64,000 nt of DNA from Gammaproteobacteria bacterium (GCA_965229565.1 OZ245888.1:437160-501159); one strand, 5' to 3'. Positions 10,222-20,563 are shown, numbered from the stretch's first letter. Numbers and translations: made by a program. The notes: generated from the letters alone by a model not told the origin.

Positions 10222-11198
10222 ACGACACGCGCCCGCAACAGATCATGCATATTCAGTATTCCTACCAGTTTTTCATTTTCATCAACAACCAACAGCGCAT
10301 TGATACGCTGTGTCTCCATTAGCGACAATGCCGAGGCAGCCAGTTCTTCCCGGCGTATGGTTTTACCATGCGGAGTCATGACGTCGGTAATGCGACAGGT
10401 TTTAATATCAATATCCGCATCCAGTGCTCGTCTGACATCTCCATCAGTAAAAATACCCAGCACATTATCGTGTTTGTCCATGATAGTAGTAACGCCAAGT
10501 CCTTTTTCACTCATTTCCAGTAGCGTGTCGCGAAAGCTTGCGTCTTCATATACCCGGGGTATCTCATCACCAGTATGCATGATATCGCTGACATGTAATA
10601 ACAGGCGTCGACCAAGACTGCCGCCAGGATGCGACAGGGCAAAATCATTCTCACTGAAACCACGCGCATCAAGTAGTGCAATGGCTATCGCATCGCCCAT
10701 TACCAGGGTGGCAGTAGTACTCGATGTCGGGGCAAGGCCAAGAGGACAGGCTTCCTTGTCAACACTGACATCTATATTGACATTGGCTGCCTGGGCCAGT
10801 GTTGATTCGGAATTACCGGTCAGCGTAATCATGGGCGTATTTAATCGTTTTATAACCGGTAACAGGGCGATAACTTCATCGGTCTCACCAGAATTGGAAA
10901 GCACCAGCACCACATCCTGCGCGGTTATCATACCCAGGTCGCCATGACTGGCCTCTCCCGGGTGCACGAAAAACGCGGGGGTCCCGGTACTCGCGAGTGT
11001 CGCCGCAATCTTGTTGCCTATGTGACCGGATTTACCCATGCCAATAACCACGACCCTGCCCTCGCACTGCAGGATAATCCGGCAGGCCTCAACAAAATTC
11101 TTATCCATGCGTTTGCGCAGTGCGGCAACGGCCTGCCCCTCGGTATCAATGACAGCCTTGCCGAGCGCGATCAATTTTTCATGGCTGGGTTCTTTCAT
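10218..11198 (-). CDS. kdsD: Arabinose 5-phosphate isomerase (KpsF/GutQ family)
   Basis: GMGKSGHIG, HPGEASHGDLG, EACPLGLAPTSS, HPGGSLG, C-terminal CBS pair. Confidence 0.95.
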   Translation of the reverse strand: MKEPSHEKLIALGKAVIDTEGQAVAALRKRMDKNFVEACRIILQCEGRVVVIGMGKSGHIGNKIAATLASTGTPAFFVHPGEASHGDLGMITAQDVVLVLSNSGETDEVIALLPVIKRLNTPMITLTGNSESTLAQAANVNIDVSVDKEACPLGLAPTSSTTATLVMGDAIAIALLDARGFSENDFALSHPGGSLGRRLLLHVSDIMHTGDEIPRVYEDASFRDTLLEMSEKGLGVTTIMDKHDNVLGIFTDGDVRRALDADIDIKTCRITDVMTPHGKTIRREELAASALSLMETQRINALLVVDENEKLVGILNMHDLLRARVV

Positions 11199-11210
11199 GA
11201 CTTTCTCTGC

Positions 11211-12182
11211 TCAAGCGCCAGGAACGCTTTGTACGTACAATACATATTGATAACCAAAAAAGCATGCTAATAATAGCGCACCTTCAATTCGCAGCAGCTT
11301 ATTCTTCTTCGTGGCGAATAGCATCAGCGCCAGCAGCACCGTAAGGCCAATCATAACCGGGAAGTCGCGATACAATACTGCGTCTTCAAACTTGTCAGGA
11401 TGTATAAGCGCCGGGATACCAAGTACTGCCAACATATTAAACATATTCGAACCGATGATATTACCGATAGCGATATCCGCCTCTTTTTTCTTGAGGCTGG
11501 CAATGGATGCCGCCAGTTCCGGCAAACTTGTGCCAATTGCAACAATTGTCAAGCCGATCACCAGGTCAGAAACACCGAAGTGAGCGGCAATATCAACAGC
11601 ACCTCGCACCAGCAGATCAGCGCCGATCAATAACATGGTAAGACCGACCACCAGTTTGAAACTCGCCTTGCCGGCAGATTCCGGCTCGGTGAACTCGCCC
11701 TCGTACTCCTTTAACAGTGGATCACGTTTCGACACGTGTTTGGCTATCCAGACTATCCAGCCCATTGATATCACCAGGCAAACCAGTAACACAAACCCAT
11801 CCAGTCGATCCATGCTGCCATCAAGCAACAGGAACAAGGCGATAAATATAGAGGCGAACAGCAGTGCAAACTCGCTTCTAAGCGTCCTGGACTGAACAGT
11901 AATTGGAATTAACAGGATACTGACTGCCAACACCAGGCTGATATTGGTGATATTGGAACCAAGTGCATTACCGATGGCAATCGCAGACTTTTCATTCCAG
12001 GCGGCGATTGAGCCAACAATCATCTCTGGTGCCGAGGTGGCAAAACCGACGACGGTAAGACCAATCATCAACGATGACATTCCCAGTATGCGGGCAATAC
12101 TCGCAGCGCCTTCTACAAATACATCGGCACCATAAACCAGTAGTGCCAGGCCAAAAATAATAAACAAACAAGAAAGCAACAT
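11211..12182 (-). CDS. yrbG: Calcium/sodium antiporter (YrbG family)
   Basis: Two alpha repeats: GFATSAPE...GNALGSN and GTSLPEL...GNIIGSN. Confidence 0.9.
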   Translation of the reverse strand: MLLSCLFIIFGLALLVYGADVFVEGAASIARILGMSSLMIGLTVVGFATSAPEMIVGSIAAWNEKSAIAIGNALGSNITNISLVLAVSILLIPITVQSRTLRSEFALLFASIFIALFLLLDGSMDRLDGFVLLVCLVISMGWIVWIAKHVSKRDPLLKEYEGEFTEPESAGKASFKLVVGLTMLLIGADLLVRGAVDIAAHFGVSDLVIGLTIVAIGTSLPELAASIASLKKKEADIAIGNIIGSNMFNMLAVLGIPALIHPDKFEDAVLYRDFPVMIGLTVLLALMLFATKKNKLLRIEGALLLACFFGYQYVLYVQSVPGA

Positions 12183-12301
12183 CTGCCGCTAAATCCTTTA
12201 AACTATTATCAAATTAATTAATGATGCCAGAATCGGGCTAGGCTGAAAAACCGACCGGCCATACAATGAACTACTATTGTTAATCTTCTTACCCAATTTC
12301 T

Positions 12302-13303
12302 ATGTCCCAGCGTCAACAAGCACGAGCTGAATGGTTAAAGACAATACTTGAGACGGATTCGTTCAGGCTTACCCCTGCCTCGGAAGATGCCAGCTTCCGC
12401 TCCTATCATCGTGTGTCGTTACCGGACAGTAGTTACATACTCATGGATGCACCACCGGAACAGGAGGACTGCAATCCTTTTATTGATATTACCGGCCGAT
12501 TACTGGCCTGCGACGTCAATGTCCCGATAATACATGAACAGGATTTACAGCAAGGGTTCCTGTTGCTCAGCGATCTTGGCAATGAACAATATCTTTCCCG
12601 TCTAGACAGTACCGCCGCCGACAAATTATATAAAGCTGCTATAGACTCGCTCGTCAGGTTTCAACTTTCTGCCTGCACCAATGGACTGCCAGCATATGAT
12701 AAGACATTACTGGTAAACGAGATGAATTTATTCCCGGACTGGCTGTTGTGCAGGTATCTCGATATCAAACTGAGCAATGAAGAACAGCAGGCACTGGCAG
12801 AGATATTTGCCTTACTGGTCGACAATGCCATACAGCAACCACAGGTCTTTGTGCACAGGGACTATCATTCACGCAACCTGATGCTTGATGGCGATAATCC
12901 GCCCGGAATTGTTGATTATCAGGATGCGGTCGTCGGCCCACTCAGTTATGACCTGGTATCGTTATTAAAGGATAGTTATATCAACTGGCCCCCGGAGCAA
13001 CGACAACATTGGATTGACTATTACCTGGAACAGCTGGCACATGCCGACCAGGGCAAGAGGCCTGAGCCAGCCCTGTTCAAGCGCTGGTTTGACCTGATGG
13101 GCGTGCAACGTGAACTGAAGGTGGGTGGAATTTTTGCAAGACTGTACCTGCGTGATGGCAAAGTCGGCTTCCTTAAAGACATCCCGCGCACCCTCGCCTA
13201 CATTACCGAGCTTGGCGACGATTACCCGGAGCTGGTCAACCTGGTCAACTTACTCGATAAACGCGTACTACCAGGCCTGGAGCAGAAATTATGCGGGCAA
13301 TGA
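12302..13303 (+). CDS. amgK: N-acetylmuramate/N-acetylglucosamine kinase AmgK
   Basis: ASEDASFRSYHR, MDAPP, HRDYHSRNLM, DYQDA; overlaps murU. Confidence 0.88.
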   Translation: MSQRQQARAEWLKTILETDSFRLTPASEDASFRSYHRVSLPDSSYILMDAPPEQEDCNPFIDITGRLLACDVNVPIIHEQDLQQGFLLLSDLGNEQYLSRLDSTAADKLYKAAIDSLVRFQLSACTNGLPAYDKTLLVNEMNLFPDWLLCRYLDIKLSNEEQQALAEIFALLVDNAIQQPQVFVHRDYHSRNLMLDGDNPPGIVDYQDAVVGPLSYDLVSLLKDSYINWPPEQRQHWIDYYLEQLAHADQGKRPEPALFKRWFDLMGVQRELKVGGIFARLYLRDGKVGFLKDIPRTLAYITELGDDYPELVNLVNLLDKRVLPGLEQKLCGQ

Positions 13304-13956
13304 TACTGGCAGCCGGCCGCGGCGAACGCATGCGACCACTTACTGACAGGGTTCCGAAACCGCTACTTGAAGTTGGCAAAAAACCCCTTATCCAGCATCA
13401 GCTCGAGGCACTGCGCCGGGCCGGTATCGCCGAGTTCGTCATTAACGTTGCCGGCCTCGGCAACCAGATATGTGACTACCTGGGTGACGGCAGCAGGTTT
13501 GACGTCAACATTACCTACTCCAACGAGGGTAACGAACCGCTGGAAACAGCGGGAGGAATCATCAAGGTACTGGACTTCTTTCAGCAACAACCCTTTGTCG
13601 TGACCAATGCTGATATCTACACCGAGTTTGATTACCGTGACCTCCCAGAAACACTGGATTCAGATGCGCATCTCGTGCTTGTCAATAACCCGCCGCATCA
13701 TCCAGACGGCGATTTTTCCTTGCAAGCGGACAAGCTTGGTTTAAGCGGGGAAACCAGGTTCACTTTCAGCGGCATCGGTGTCTACCAGCCCAGGCTGTTT
13801 GCAGGGCTGACGCCCGGACACCGTAAACTGGCCCCCATCCTCTATGAAGCGGCCGCACAGGGCCGTATTAACGGCCAGCTATATACAGGCTACTGGAACG
13901 ACATCGGCACGCCCGATCGCCTGGCAGAGGTTAACAAGGCTTTATCTGGCGCGTAG
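13291..13956 (+). CDS. murU: MurNAc-1-phosphate uridylyltransferase
   Basis: MRAMILAAGRGERMRPLTD..PKPLL, LETAGGI, NPPHHPDGDF, WNDIGTP; paired with amgK. Confidence 0.9.
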   Translation: MRAMILAAGRGERMRPLTDRVPKPLLEVGKKPLIQHQLEALRRAGIAEFVINVAGLGNQICDYLGDGSRFDVNITYSNEGNEPLETAGGIIKVLDFFQQQPFVVTNADIYTEFDYRDLPETLDSDAHLVLVNNPPHHPDGDFSLQADKLGLSGETRFTFSGIGVYQPRLFAGLTPGHRKLAPILYEAAAQGRINGQLYTGYWNDIGTPDRLAEVNKALSGA

Positions 13957-14096
13957 TAAATACTAACTAGCCATGCCCTTGCCGGCATTACAATCAGCCT
14001 CAATACAGGGCCTGGCAGGATGTCCGGAACATAAATCCTTCAATTGTTGCAGTGCAATATCACGTGTGATAAAGTTTGCGCAACTATTCGTACTAA

Positions 14097-14143
14097 ATCC
14101 TATATATAGCGTTTTTTTAAAATCTAACCGCTATATATAGCTA
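14097..14143. promoter_or_regulatory. Tandem NrdR-box-like palindromes
   Basis: Perfect palindrome CTATATATAG at 14100-14109 and 14131-14140, 31 bp apart. Matches the NrdR box core (CwATATATwG) and its usual tandem spacing. Confidence 0.6.
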
Positions 14144-14161
14144 ATTTCCCCTTACCAAGCT

Positions 14162-16396
14162 ATGATGCCGGTCACAAAACAGCGGAGTCTGGTTTTGGTG
14201 GGTCTGTTACTTATGAAGACAAAAGGCTTGTACACAACCCGACTCGTTCTGTTCGGCATGACATTTCTGTCCATGCTGTTACCGTCGATCGTCCTCGCCC
14301 AGACCCAGCCTAATACTGAACACGTCAATGATTACTGCCAGAGCCCGGACCCGGCGCAGCTGGAGCAAGGTCTCTACGAGTTGAACAGTGACAGCCACAT
14401 GGACGCGATCAGCAAACGAGGTTTCCTGCGCGTCTTACTGGTAAAAAATTCCAATGGCTGCAGTGTCAGTAATATTGAGAAAGAATTGCTCGAGCAATTC
14501 GCCAGCAGCCATGACCTGGATGTGAAATGGGTATACGTTGACAATGAATGGAACCTGCTACCCGGGTTACTGGCCGACAAGGGCGACATCATTATTGGTC
14601 AACACAACAAGTTCAGCACAGGTATGGACAGGCAACTGGATTTTACCTTCACCTGGACCAATGCCTCGCTACAAATCGTACAGCGCGCCAACAGCGGTCG
14701 CATATCCAAGCTTGAAGACCTGGCAGGCAGGCAGGTAGCGGCATACAGTCATTCTGATGCATGGTCGGTCCTGAGCGTTCTTGACGAAAAATTACCGGGC
14801 TTTGTTCTGGAAGAAATACCAGCTGACATGACCTACCTTGATGTCATGCAACGGGTTAGCAGCGGCGAATATGACCTGGCCGTTGCAGACAGCCTTTTTC
14901 TAAAAAGCTATCTGCCTTACCACCAGGATTTAATAGCCGATTTCAGCCTGACCAGTAATCGCAGCATGGCCTGGGCAATACCTTCGGACTCGAACCTGCT
15001 TAAAACGAAACTGAATACATACCTCGGCCAACAACATGTAACCCATGACGTCACATCAGTCTATTTCGATGATATGTCCGGCATCAGGGAACGAGGCATC
15101 CTGCGCGTCATTACCAGTTCCAATCCGTCACACTATTACCTGCACAACGGTAACCTGTATGGCTTTGAATATGAACTAATCAAACACTTTGCGGAACAGG
15201 AACGACTCAGGGTAGATGTCATCGTCGCCAGAACACGGGCAGAGATGTTTCGCTTATTGCGCGAAGGGAAGGGCGATATCATTGCTGCATCCTTACCAGC
15301 TGGCCTGATGCAAACAGATAAACGTATCGGGTTTACCGCCCCGTACAGTTATGGAAACCCGGTACTGATAGGTCGTGACAGTGATGCAGCCGTACTCGAT
15401 ATGCGCGAACTGGATGGTCGACGTGTTACCTTGCCGGCTGACAGTCCTTACTGGGACTATATGCTGGAATTGCAGGAGCAGGGCGCTGATTTTGAACTGG
15501 TCAGGGCAGAATCCGGTATTAACATGGAAGGGACCTTGTTAATGGTCGCACTTGGCATGTATGACCTGACAGTGATTGGTAATCACCAATACAAGAATCG
15601 TTTTTCGAATACTATCGGGGTTACCTCTGTATTCAACCTGTCTGAACCAATCGGACACCGCTGGGCCGTGCGCGCCAATAACACAGTGTTACTACGCAGC
15701 CTGAACAACTATATCGAAAATAGCTATCGAGGCGAACATTACAATGTTCTACACGCACGATATTTCGAGAGAGAAACCCTGCCCAAGGCAAGTGAATACA
15801 ACACATCACGTATTTCATCACTGTCGCCGTTTGATGCCAAGATTCAGAAATATGCCAACGAATACGGTTTTGACTGGCGCTTGATTACGGCGCTGATGTT
15901 CCAGGAAAGTCGTTTTAATCCCTCAGCAGAATCTGATGTGGGCGCAGAGGGCCTTATGCAGTTGATTCCTACAACAGCGGAACTTATGGGTGTCAGCGAT
16001 ACGGAACACCCTGAAACCAGTATCAATGCCGGCATTCGCTATCTTGATTACCTGCGCGGTAAATTTGAGAAAGGTTTGGCGCTGGAGGATCGCATGTGGT
16101 TCACGCTCGCGTCCTATAATGCCGGCTATGGTCGCGTTAAATACGCGAGGCAGCTTGCGACCGAAATGGGACTGGACGCAAACCGCTGGTTTAATAATGT
16201 CGAACTGGCCATGATGAAGATGGCTGAACCCTACAAGCGCGAGGGTGAAACAAGGCGCCGCTGTCGTTGCGGTCAAACAGTCGTCTACGTGCGTGAAATA
16301 CGCACACGCTACTTTAACTACATCCGCCTGACGGAGTCACTGCGTATCGCTTCCGCCGATGGCTATCTTGCCCCTGCGTCAACGCGCATTAACTAG
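14162..16396 (+). CDS. MltF-like lytic transglycosylase with two periplasmic-binding-protein domains
   Basis: Two PBP-type repeats (..RGFLRV.. and ..RGILRV..GFEYEL) then an SLT domain (QESRFNP, GLMQL, ASYNAGYG). True start may be ATG 14213 or later. Confidence 0.85.
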   Translation: MMPVTKQRSLVLVGLLLMKTKGLYTTRLVLFGMTFLSMLLPSIVLAQTQPNTEHVNDYCQSPDPAQLEQGLYELNSDSHMDAISKRGFLRVLLVKNSNGCSVSNIEKELLEQFASSHDLDVKWVYVDNEWNLLPGLLADKGDIIIGQHNKFSTGMDRQLDFTFTWTNASLQIVQRANSGRISKLEDLAGRQVAAYSHSDAWSVLSVLDEKLPGFVLEEIPADMTYLDVMQRVSSGEYDLAVADSLFLKSYLPYHQDLIADFSLTSNRSMAWAIPSDSNLLKTKLNTYLGQQHVTHDVTSVYFDDMSGIRERGILRVITSSNPSHYYLHNGNLYGFEYELIKHFAEQERLRVDVIVARTRAEMFRLLREGKGDIIAASLPAGLMQTDKRIGFTAPYSYGNPVLIGRDSDAAVLDMRELDGRRVTLPADSPYWDYMLELQEQGADFELVRAESGINMEGTLLMVALGMYDLTVIGNHQYKNRFSNTIGVTSVFNLSEPIGHRWAVRANNTVLLRSLNNYIENSYRGEHYNVLHARYFERETLPKASEYNTSRISSLSPFDAKIQKYANEYGFDWRLITALMFQESRFNPSAESDVGAEGLMQLIPTTAELMGVSDTEHPETSINAGIRYLDYLRGKFEKGLALEDRMWFTLASYNAGYGRVKYARQLATEMGLDANRWFNNVELAMMKMAEPYKREGETRRRCRCGQTVVYVREIRTRYFNYIRLTESLRIASADGYLAPASTRIN

Positions 16397-16434
16397 TTAG
16401 CATCGTCCGGCTTGTCTCTTAAGCCATTTACAAG

Positions 16435-16677
16435 CTAGTCCAACAGGTAAAATGCAAGTAGTGGAACCAGGTTAAACACAATAACCAGCACCTTTAAATT
16501 GGCCATATAAGTATAAACGACCTGGGCAACCTGCTTTTCATCTACGCCAAACATGCTCGAATGCATCCGATAGATTGCACCCCTAAATACGATGACAATC
16601 ACGGTAGAAAACAGCAATAAGCCGAAATTGATCAACGTCATCCACAGCAACAGCATTTCTATCTGTACCATTGTCAT
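16435..16677 (-). CDS. Small two-TM membrane protein (DUF6868-like)
   Basis: LWMTLINFGLLL...IYRMHSSMFG...KVLVIVFNLVP pattern; 80 aa. Confidence 0.65.
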   Translation of the reverse strand: MTMVQIEMLLLWMTLINFGLLLFSTVIVIVFRGAIYRMHSSMFGVDEKQVAQVVYTYMANLKVLVIVFNLVPLLAFYLLD

Positions 16678-16859
16678 ATCAACACCCGTGTGCGAGTTAT
16701 CGTACTATCAGCATAGTAAATAAAGGACCGCTGTGCTTGTGCTGGATCAATTAATCCTGAAATAAGTGTATGTTCGGATCCGTTCATGCAAACAAAAATG
16801 ACGCCACAGATTCAGCTTACAACCCTCTACTACTCCATTTTCTCACGTTAATTGAAGTG

Positions 16860-18056
16860 CTATACCACGAGTCCTGCTGCATAACCGGAAGACCACGCCC
16901 ATTGAAAGTTAAACCCGCCCAGGTGTCCGGTCACGTCAACGACCTCGCCGATAAAATACAATCCTCTATGGACATTGCTCTCCATTGTCCTGGACGACAA
17001 TGCATTCGTATCCACACCGCCCATGGTAACTTCTGCCGTGCGATAACCTTCTGTGCCAGACGGTTTGAACTGCCAGTGTTGTAAATTGCTAGCGATATCT
17101 TTTAAATCATTATTAGATATCTCTGATAAGGGTTTATCCGCAACATGTAGCCAGAATAATTCTTCCAGCAAAATCACCAGCTTCTTAACCATGAATTGAC
17201 CCAGGCAACTTCTGAGCAATATCTTTGGGTGAGAATTCTTGTTTTCCAATAAGAACTGATAAAGGTCCTGCCCGGGGAAAAAATTAATCTCAATTGCTTC
17301 CCCCGGTTGCCAGTAACTGGATACTTGCAATACGGCCGGGCCACTTAAGCCACGATGCGTAAACAACATATCTTCGATGAATGACTGCCTGGTTGAAGTA
17401 ATAGAAACAGTATGTGAAATGCCGCTGAGTTGTTTGCACTTGTCTTTGAGTTTATCAGTCAGGGTAAAGGGGACTAATGCGGGACTTATGGGAATGATGT
17501 TAATGCCAAATTGTTCAGCGATTTTATAACCAAAACCGCTCGCGCCCATTTTAGGAATAGACAAGCCACCGGAGGCAATAACCAGGCTCTCTGCCCTAAA
17601 CGTGCCTTTATTGGTTTTAATTTGATATTGCTGTTCTTCTGTTTCACTTTTTATAGTGTTATTAACCTGGCATTCGGTCAATATGGTGACTCCGACTCGA
17701 TCACATTCTTCTTGCAACATGGCGAGTATCTCTTTTGACGATCCCTTGCAGAATAATTGCCCATGCTTTTTTTCCTGATAGTCGATACCGTGTTTTTCAA
17801 CTAATTGAATAAAGTTCCATTGCGTATACCTGCTCAGCGCTGATTTGCAAAAATGCGGGTTACGGGACAGATAGTTTTCAGGCGTAATATTCAGATTGGT
17901 AAAATTACATCTGCCCCCACCAGACATCAGTATTTTTTTGCCTATCTTGTTACTGCCCTCAATAACCAGCACTCTACGACTTCGATTACCGGCTGTGATT
18001 GCGCACAACAAACCTGCAGCTCCACCTCCGATAATAATAACGTCATATTGATGCAA
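16860..18056 (-). CDS. HI0933/YhiN-family flavoprotein oxidoreductase
   Basis: IIIGGGAAG, GKKILMSGGGRCNFTN, ASGGLSIP, LFTHRGLSGP, GGFNFQWAWSSG. Confidence 0.92.
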   Translation of the reverse strand: MHQYDVIIIGGGAAGLLCAITAGNRSRRVLVIEGSNKIGKKILMSGGGRCNFTNLNITPENYLSRNPHFCKSALSRYTQWNFIQLVEKHGIDYQEKKHGQLFCKGSSKEILAMLQEECDRVGVTILTECQVNNTIKSETEEQQYQIKTNKGTFRAESLVIASGGLSIPKMGASGFGYKIAEQFGINIIPISPALVPFTLTDKLKDKCKQLSGISHTVSITSTRQSFIEDMLFTHRGLSGPAVLQVSSYWQPGEAIEINFFPGQDLYQFLLENKNSHPKILLRSCLGQFMVKKLVILLEELFWLHVADKPLSEISNNDLKDIASNLQHWQFKPSGTEGYRTAEVTMGGVDTNALSSRTMESNVHRGLYFIGEVVDVTGHLGGFNFQWAWSSGYAAGLVV

Positions 18057-18128
18057 GTTAAGCTACCTGACGATCACCGATCTGTGACAACATGGAAAAG
18101 ACCCGTATCAATTATTCTATTAGCTGTT

Positions 18129-18806
18129 TTATTGATATCGAGTAGGGTCGTCAATTTTGGCGGCAATAAAACCTTCTTTCCTGAAACGACAGGAATCACA
18201 GACACCACAGGCGCGGCCGTCGGCATCTGCCTGGTAGCACGAAACGGTTTGGGCATAATCAACTCCAAGCCTGTGACCTTCATGAATGATGCCGGCCTTG
18301 CTCAACTCGATCAGCGGCGTATGGATAGTCAATTTGGCGCCTTCTACGCCAACCTTGGTTGCGACATTGGCCATCTGCTGGAAGGCGAGGATATATTCCG
18401 GGCGGCAGTCCGGGTAACCTGAATAATCAACCGCGTTCACGCCGATAAATATATCGTCAGCCTTGATGACTTCCGCCCACGCCAGCGCATACGAGAGAAA
18501 CAGGGTATTACGTGCAGGAACGTAGGTAATCGGGATTCCCTCGGAAGGGGCATTGGGAATGTCAATACTCCTGTCTGTTAACGCCGAACCGCCTAGCTGA
18601 CCCAGGTCCAGTTGTATAACCCTGTGTTCGGCTACCTGGTAACTGGCAGCAATGGATTTCGCCGCGATCAGTTCAACAACATGGCGCTGGCCATAATCAA
18701 AACTCAAGGCATAACATTCAAAACCCTGGTCCCGGGCAATGGCCAGTACCGTAGTTGAATCCAGGCCACCGGAAACAAGGACAATCGCTTTCTTATTTGT
18801 AGTCAT
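18129..18806 (-). CDS. queC: 7-cyano-7-deazaguanine synthase
   Basis: [34 protein letters not shown]. Confidence 0.97.
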   Translation of the reverse strand: MTTNKKAIVLVSGGLDSTTVLAIARDQGFECYALSFDYGQRHVVELIAAKSIAASYQVAEHRVIQLDLGQLGGSALTDRSIDIPNAPSEGIPITYVPARNTLFLSYALAWAEVIKADDIFIGVNAVDYSGYPDCRPEYILAFQQMANVATKVGVEGAKLTIHTPLIELSKAGIIHEGHRLGVDYAQTVSCYQADADGRACGVCDSCRFRKEGFIAAKIDDPTRYQ

Positions 18807-18873
18807 GGTTACATTCTAATAATTTTTATACTTGGTTTCTTGCACCATTATTTACAATACTGTTTATTAGCAT

Positions 18874-19001
18874 ACTAAAAAACGAAGTAGTTTTATTGCT
18901 GGCACGGCGGAGCGCTTTTGAGTAGCGGAATTTATAAATCATAAATGAGCATCGCAAACAGCGCGACAACAAAGCTAGCGATAAAAATAGCCATTTTTAG
19001 T
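18874..19001. repeat. ~128-bp palindromic ERIC/RPE-like element, copy 1
   Basis: Ends ACTAAAAA/TTTTTAGT; inner stem TTTTATTGCTGGC/GCTAGCGATAAAA; core CGGAA-TTTAT-aaatc-ATAAA-TGAG shared with 59151-59274. Includes the queE stop codon. Confidence 0.7.
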
Positions 19002-19683
19002 GGCCGGGATTGTTTCCCCAAAGATATTTATGGAGTTGAACCTGCAATCGAACATTCAGTTTATCTTCCAGTATCCAGTCGGCCAGGTCGGTTGGATTAA
19101 GTGAATCATGTTCCGGAGACAACAACACTTCGCAGATATCGACAAGGCGATACTCCTTTATTTTCGCTTTAACCCAGTCGTAGTCGTTACGATTACAAAC
19201 AACAAACTTGATCTGATCGCTATCGTTAAGGGATTCAAGGTTTTCGTAGCGATTTTTATCTTCTTCCGTGGATGCCGGGGTCTTGATGTCCATTACCTTC
19301 ATAACACGTGGATCCACGCCGGAGAGATCGATCGCGCCACTGGTCTCCAGTGATACCTCGTAACCTTCATCACAGAGCCTGGTCAGCAAGTCATGACATT
19401 GACGCTGCGCCAGGGGCTCACCACCGGTCACACAAACATGGCGGGTACGATACTGGCTTATGTTTTTAATTATGCTATCGATGCTCTGTTTTTCACCGTC
19501 ATGAAAAGCATACGCCGTATCACAATAACGACAGCGTAATGGGCAACCGGTAAGACGAATAAAAATAGTAGGCAGGCCAACCTTGGCTGATTCACCCTGC
19601 AATGATAGAAAAATCTCGTTGATGCGCAGCTCTGTTTGCGTTTGTGATTGCGCAAGCATATCAGGCGAGGGCGGCGTGGCCAT
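18997..19683 (-). CDS. queE: 7-carboxy-7-deazaguanine synthase (radical SAM)
   Basis: EIFLSLQGE, GCPLRCRYCDT, VTGGEPL, QLHKYLW. Confidence 0.96.
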   Translation of the reverse strand: MATPPSPDMLAQSQTQTELRINEIFLSLQGESAKVGLPTIFIRLTGCPLRCRYCDTAYAFHDGEKQSIDSIIKNISQYRTRHVCVTGGEPLAQRQCHDLLTRLCDEGYEVSLETSGAIDLSGVDPRVMKVMDIKTPASTEEDKNRYENLESLNDSDQIKFVVCNRNDYDWVKAKIKEYRLVDICEVLLSPEHDSLNPTDLADWILEDKLNVRLQVQLHKYLWGNNPGH

Positions 19684-19684
19684 A

Positions 19685-20554
19685 TCAGGTATTACTGTCT
19701 TTCTGGCTCAGGATCTTGCGTAACCTGTCGGTTGCAAGCCTGGCCGCGGTTGTACCCGGATATTGTGATTTGACCTCATTTAATGTTTTTTCAGCATCAC
19801 TGTTATTACCCAGTTCGGCATAGCTGTAACCAATCTTCAGCATTGCCTGCGAGGCCTTCTGACTGTCCGGGTATGAGTTCAGCAGGACCTGGTATTCATT
19901 AATTGCGCTATCGTATTTCTGCATCACGAAATTGGTTTCGCCCAGCCAGTACTGTGCGTTGTCAGAATAACTGGATCCGGGGTGATCTGTTAAATACTGC
20001 TTGAAAGCAGTCAGGGCCTGCTCGTAGTTTGACTCCTTTAACAACCGGAAAGCACGCTGGTAATCAGCCTGTGCCTTGACTGAATCAACGGCATCTTGGC
20101 TGGAGGGTGCCTTGTTGTTTACGGCTACTGTCGGTGGTTTTTCTGCTGCGCTGTTACCAGGCTGCTGTTCAACAGGTTTATCAACACCCGACTCTGACGG
20201 CAGGCTGGCAGTGTCGTTGTTATAGCCGTTTTTTTCCATGCGCTGCAGGCGACTGTCGACATCGGTATAGAGATCGCGTTGTTTCTGTTGCAACTGCTCG
20301 ATGTTATAGGTCTGTATCTCAACCTGGCCACGCAGTTCATTGACTTCAAGTTTTAACTGTTCCAGAACATCCAGCATGTCCAGCAATGCAGAGTTATTCA
20401 GGTATTTTTCGAGCCGGTCAAGGCGCCCGCTGATGTCCTGTGTGATGGGTTCATAGCCAGACATCTGTGCATCAACCTCTGCTGCTGGCTGTGTCTCCTC
20501 GGCAAAAACCGGGGCAGCCAACAGCAGGGAAAAAAGTACAATCAGATAGTACAT
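19685..20554 (-). CDS. cpoB: Tol-Pal system protein YbgF/CpoB
   Basis: Signal peptide, coiled coil (LRGQVE..QRDLYTDVDSRL), TPRs (NAQYWLGE, MLKIGY, YPGTTAA); downstream of pal. Confidence 0.92.
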   Translation of the reverse strand: MYYLIVLFSLLLAAPVFAEETQPAAEVDAQMSGYEPITQDISGRLDRLEKYLNNSALLDMLDVLEQLKLEVNELRGQVEIQTYNIEQLQQKQRDLYTDVDSRLQRMEKNGYNNDTASLPSESGVDKPVEQQPGNSAAEKPPTVAVNNKAPSSQDAVDSVKAQADYQRAFRLLKESNYEQALTAFKQYLTDHPGSSYSDNAQYWLGETNFVMQKYDSAINEYQVLLNSYPDSQKASQAMLKIGYSYAELGNNSDAEKTLNEVKSQYPGTTAARLATDRLRKILSQKDSNT

Positions 20555-20563
20555 AGTATCCGT

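Noticed and set aside
18807-18873. Possible preQ1 riboswitch upstream of queC
   Set aside because: There is only a weak TGGT/ACCA stem and an A-rich tail; the conserved preQ1-I loop residues are not present.
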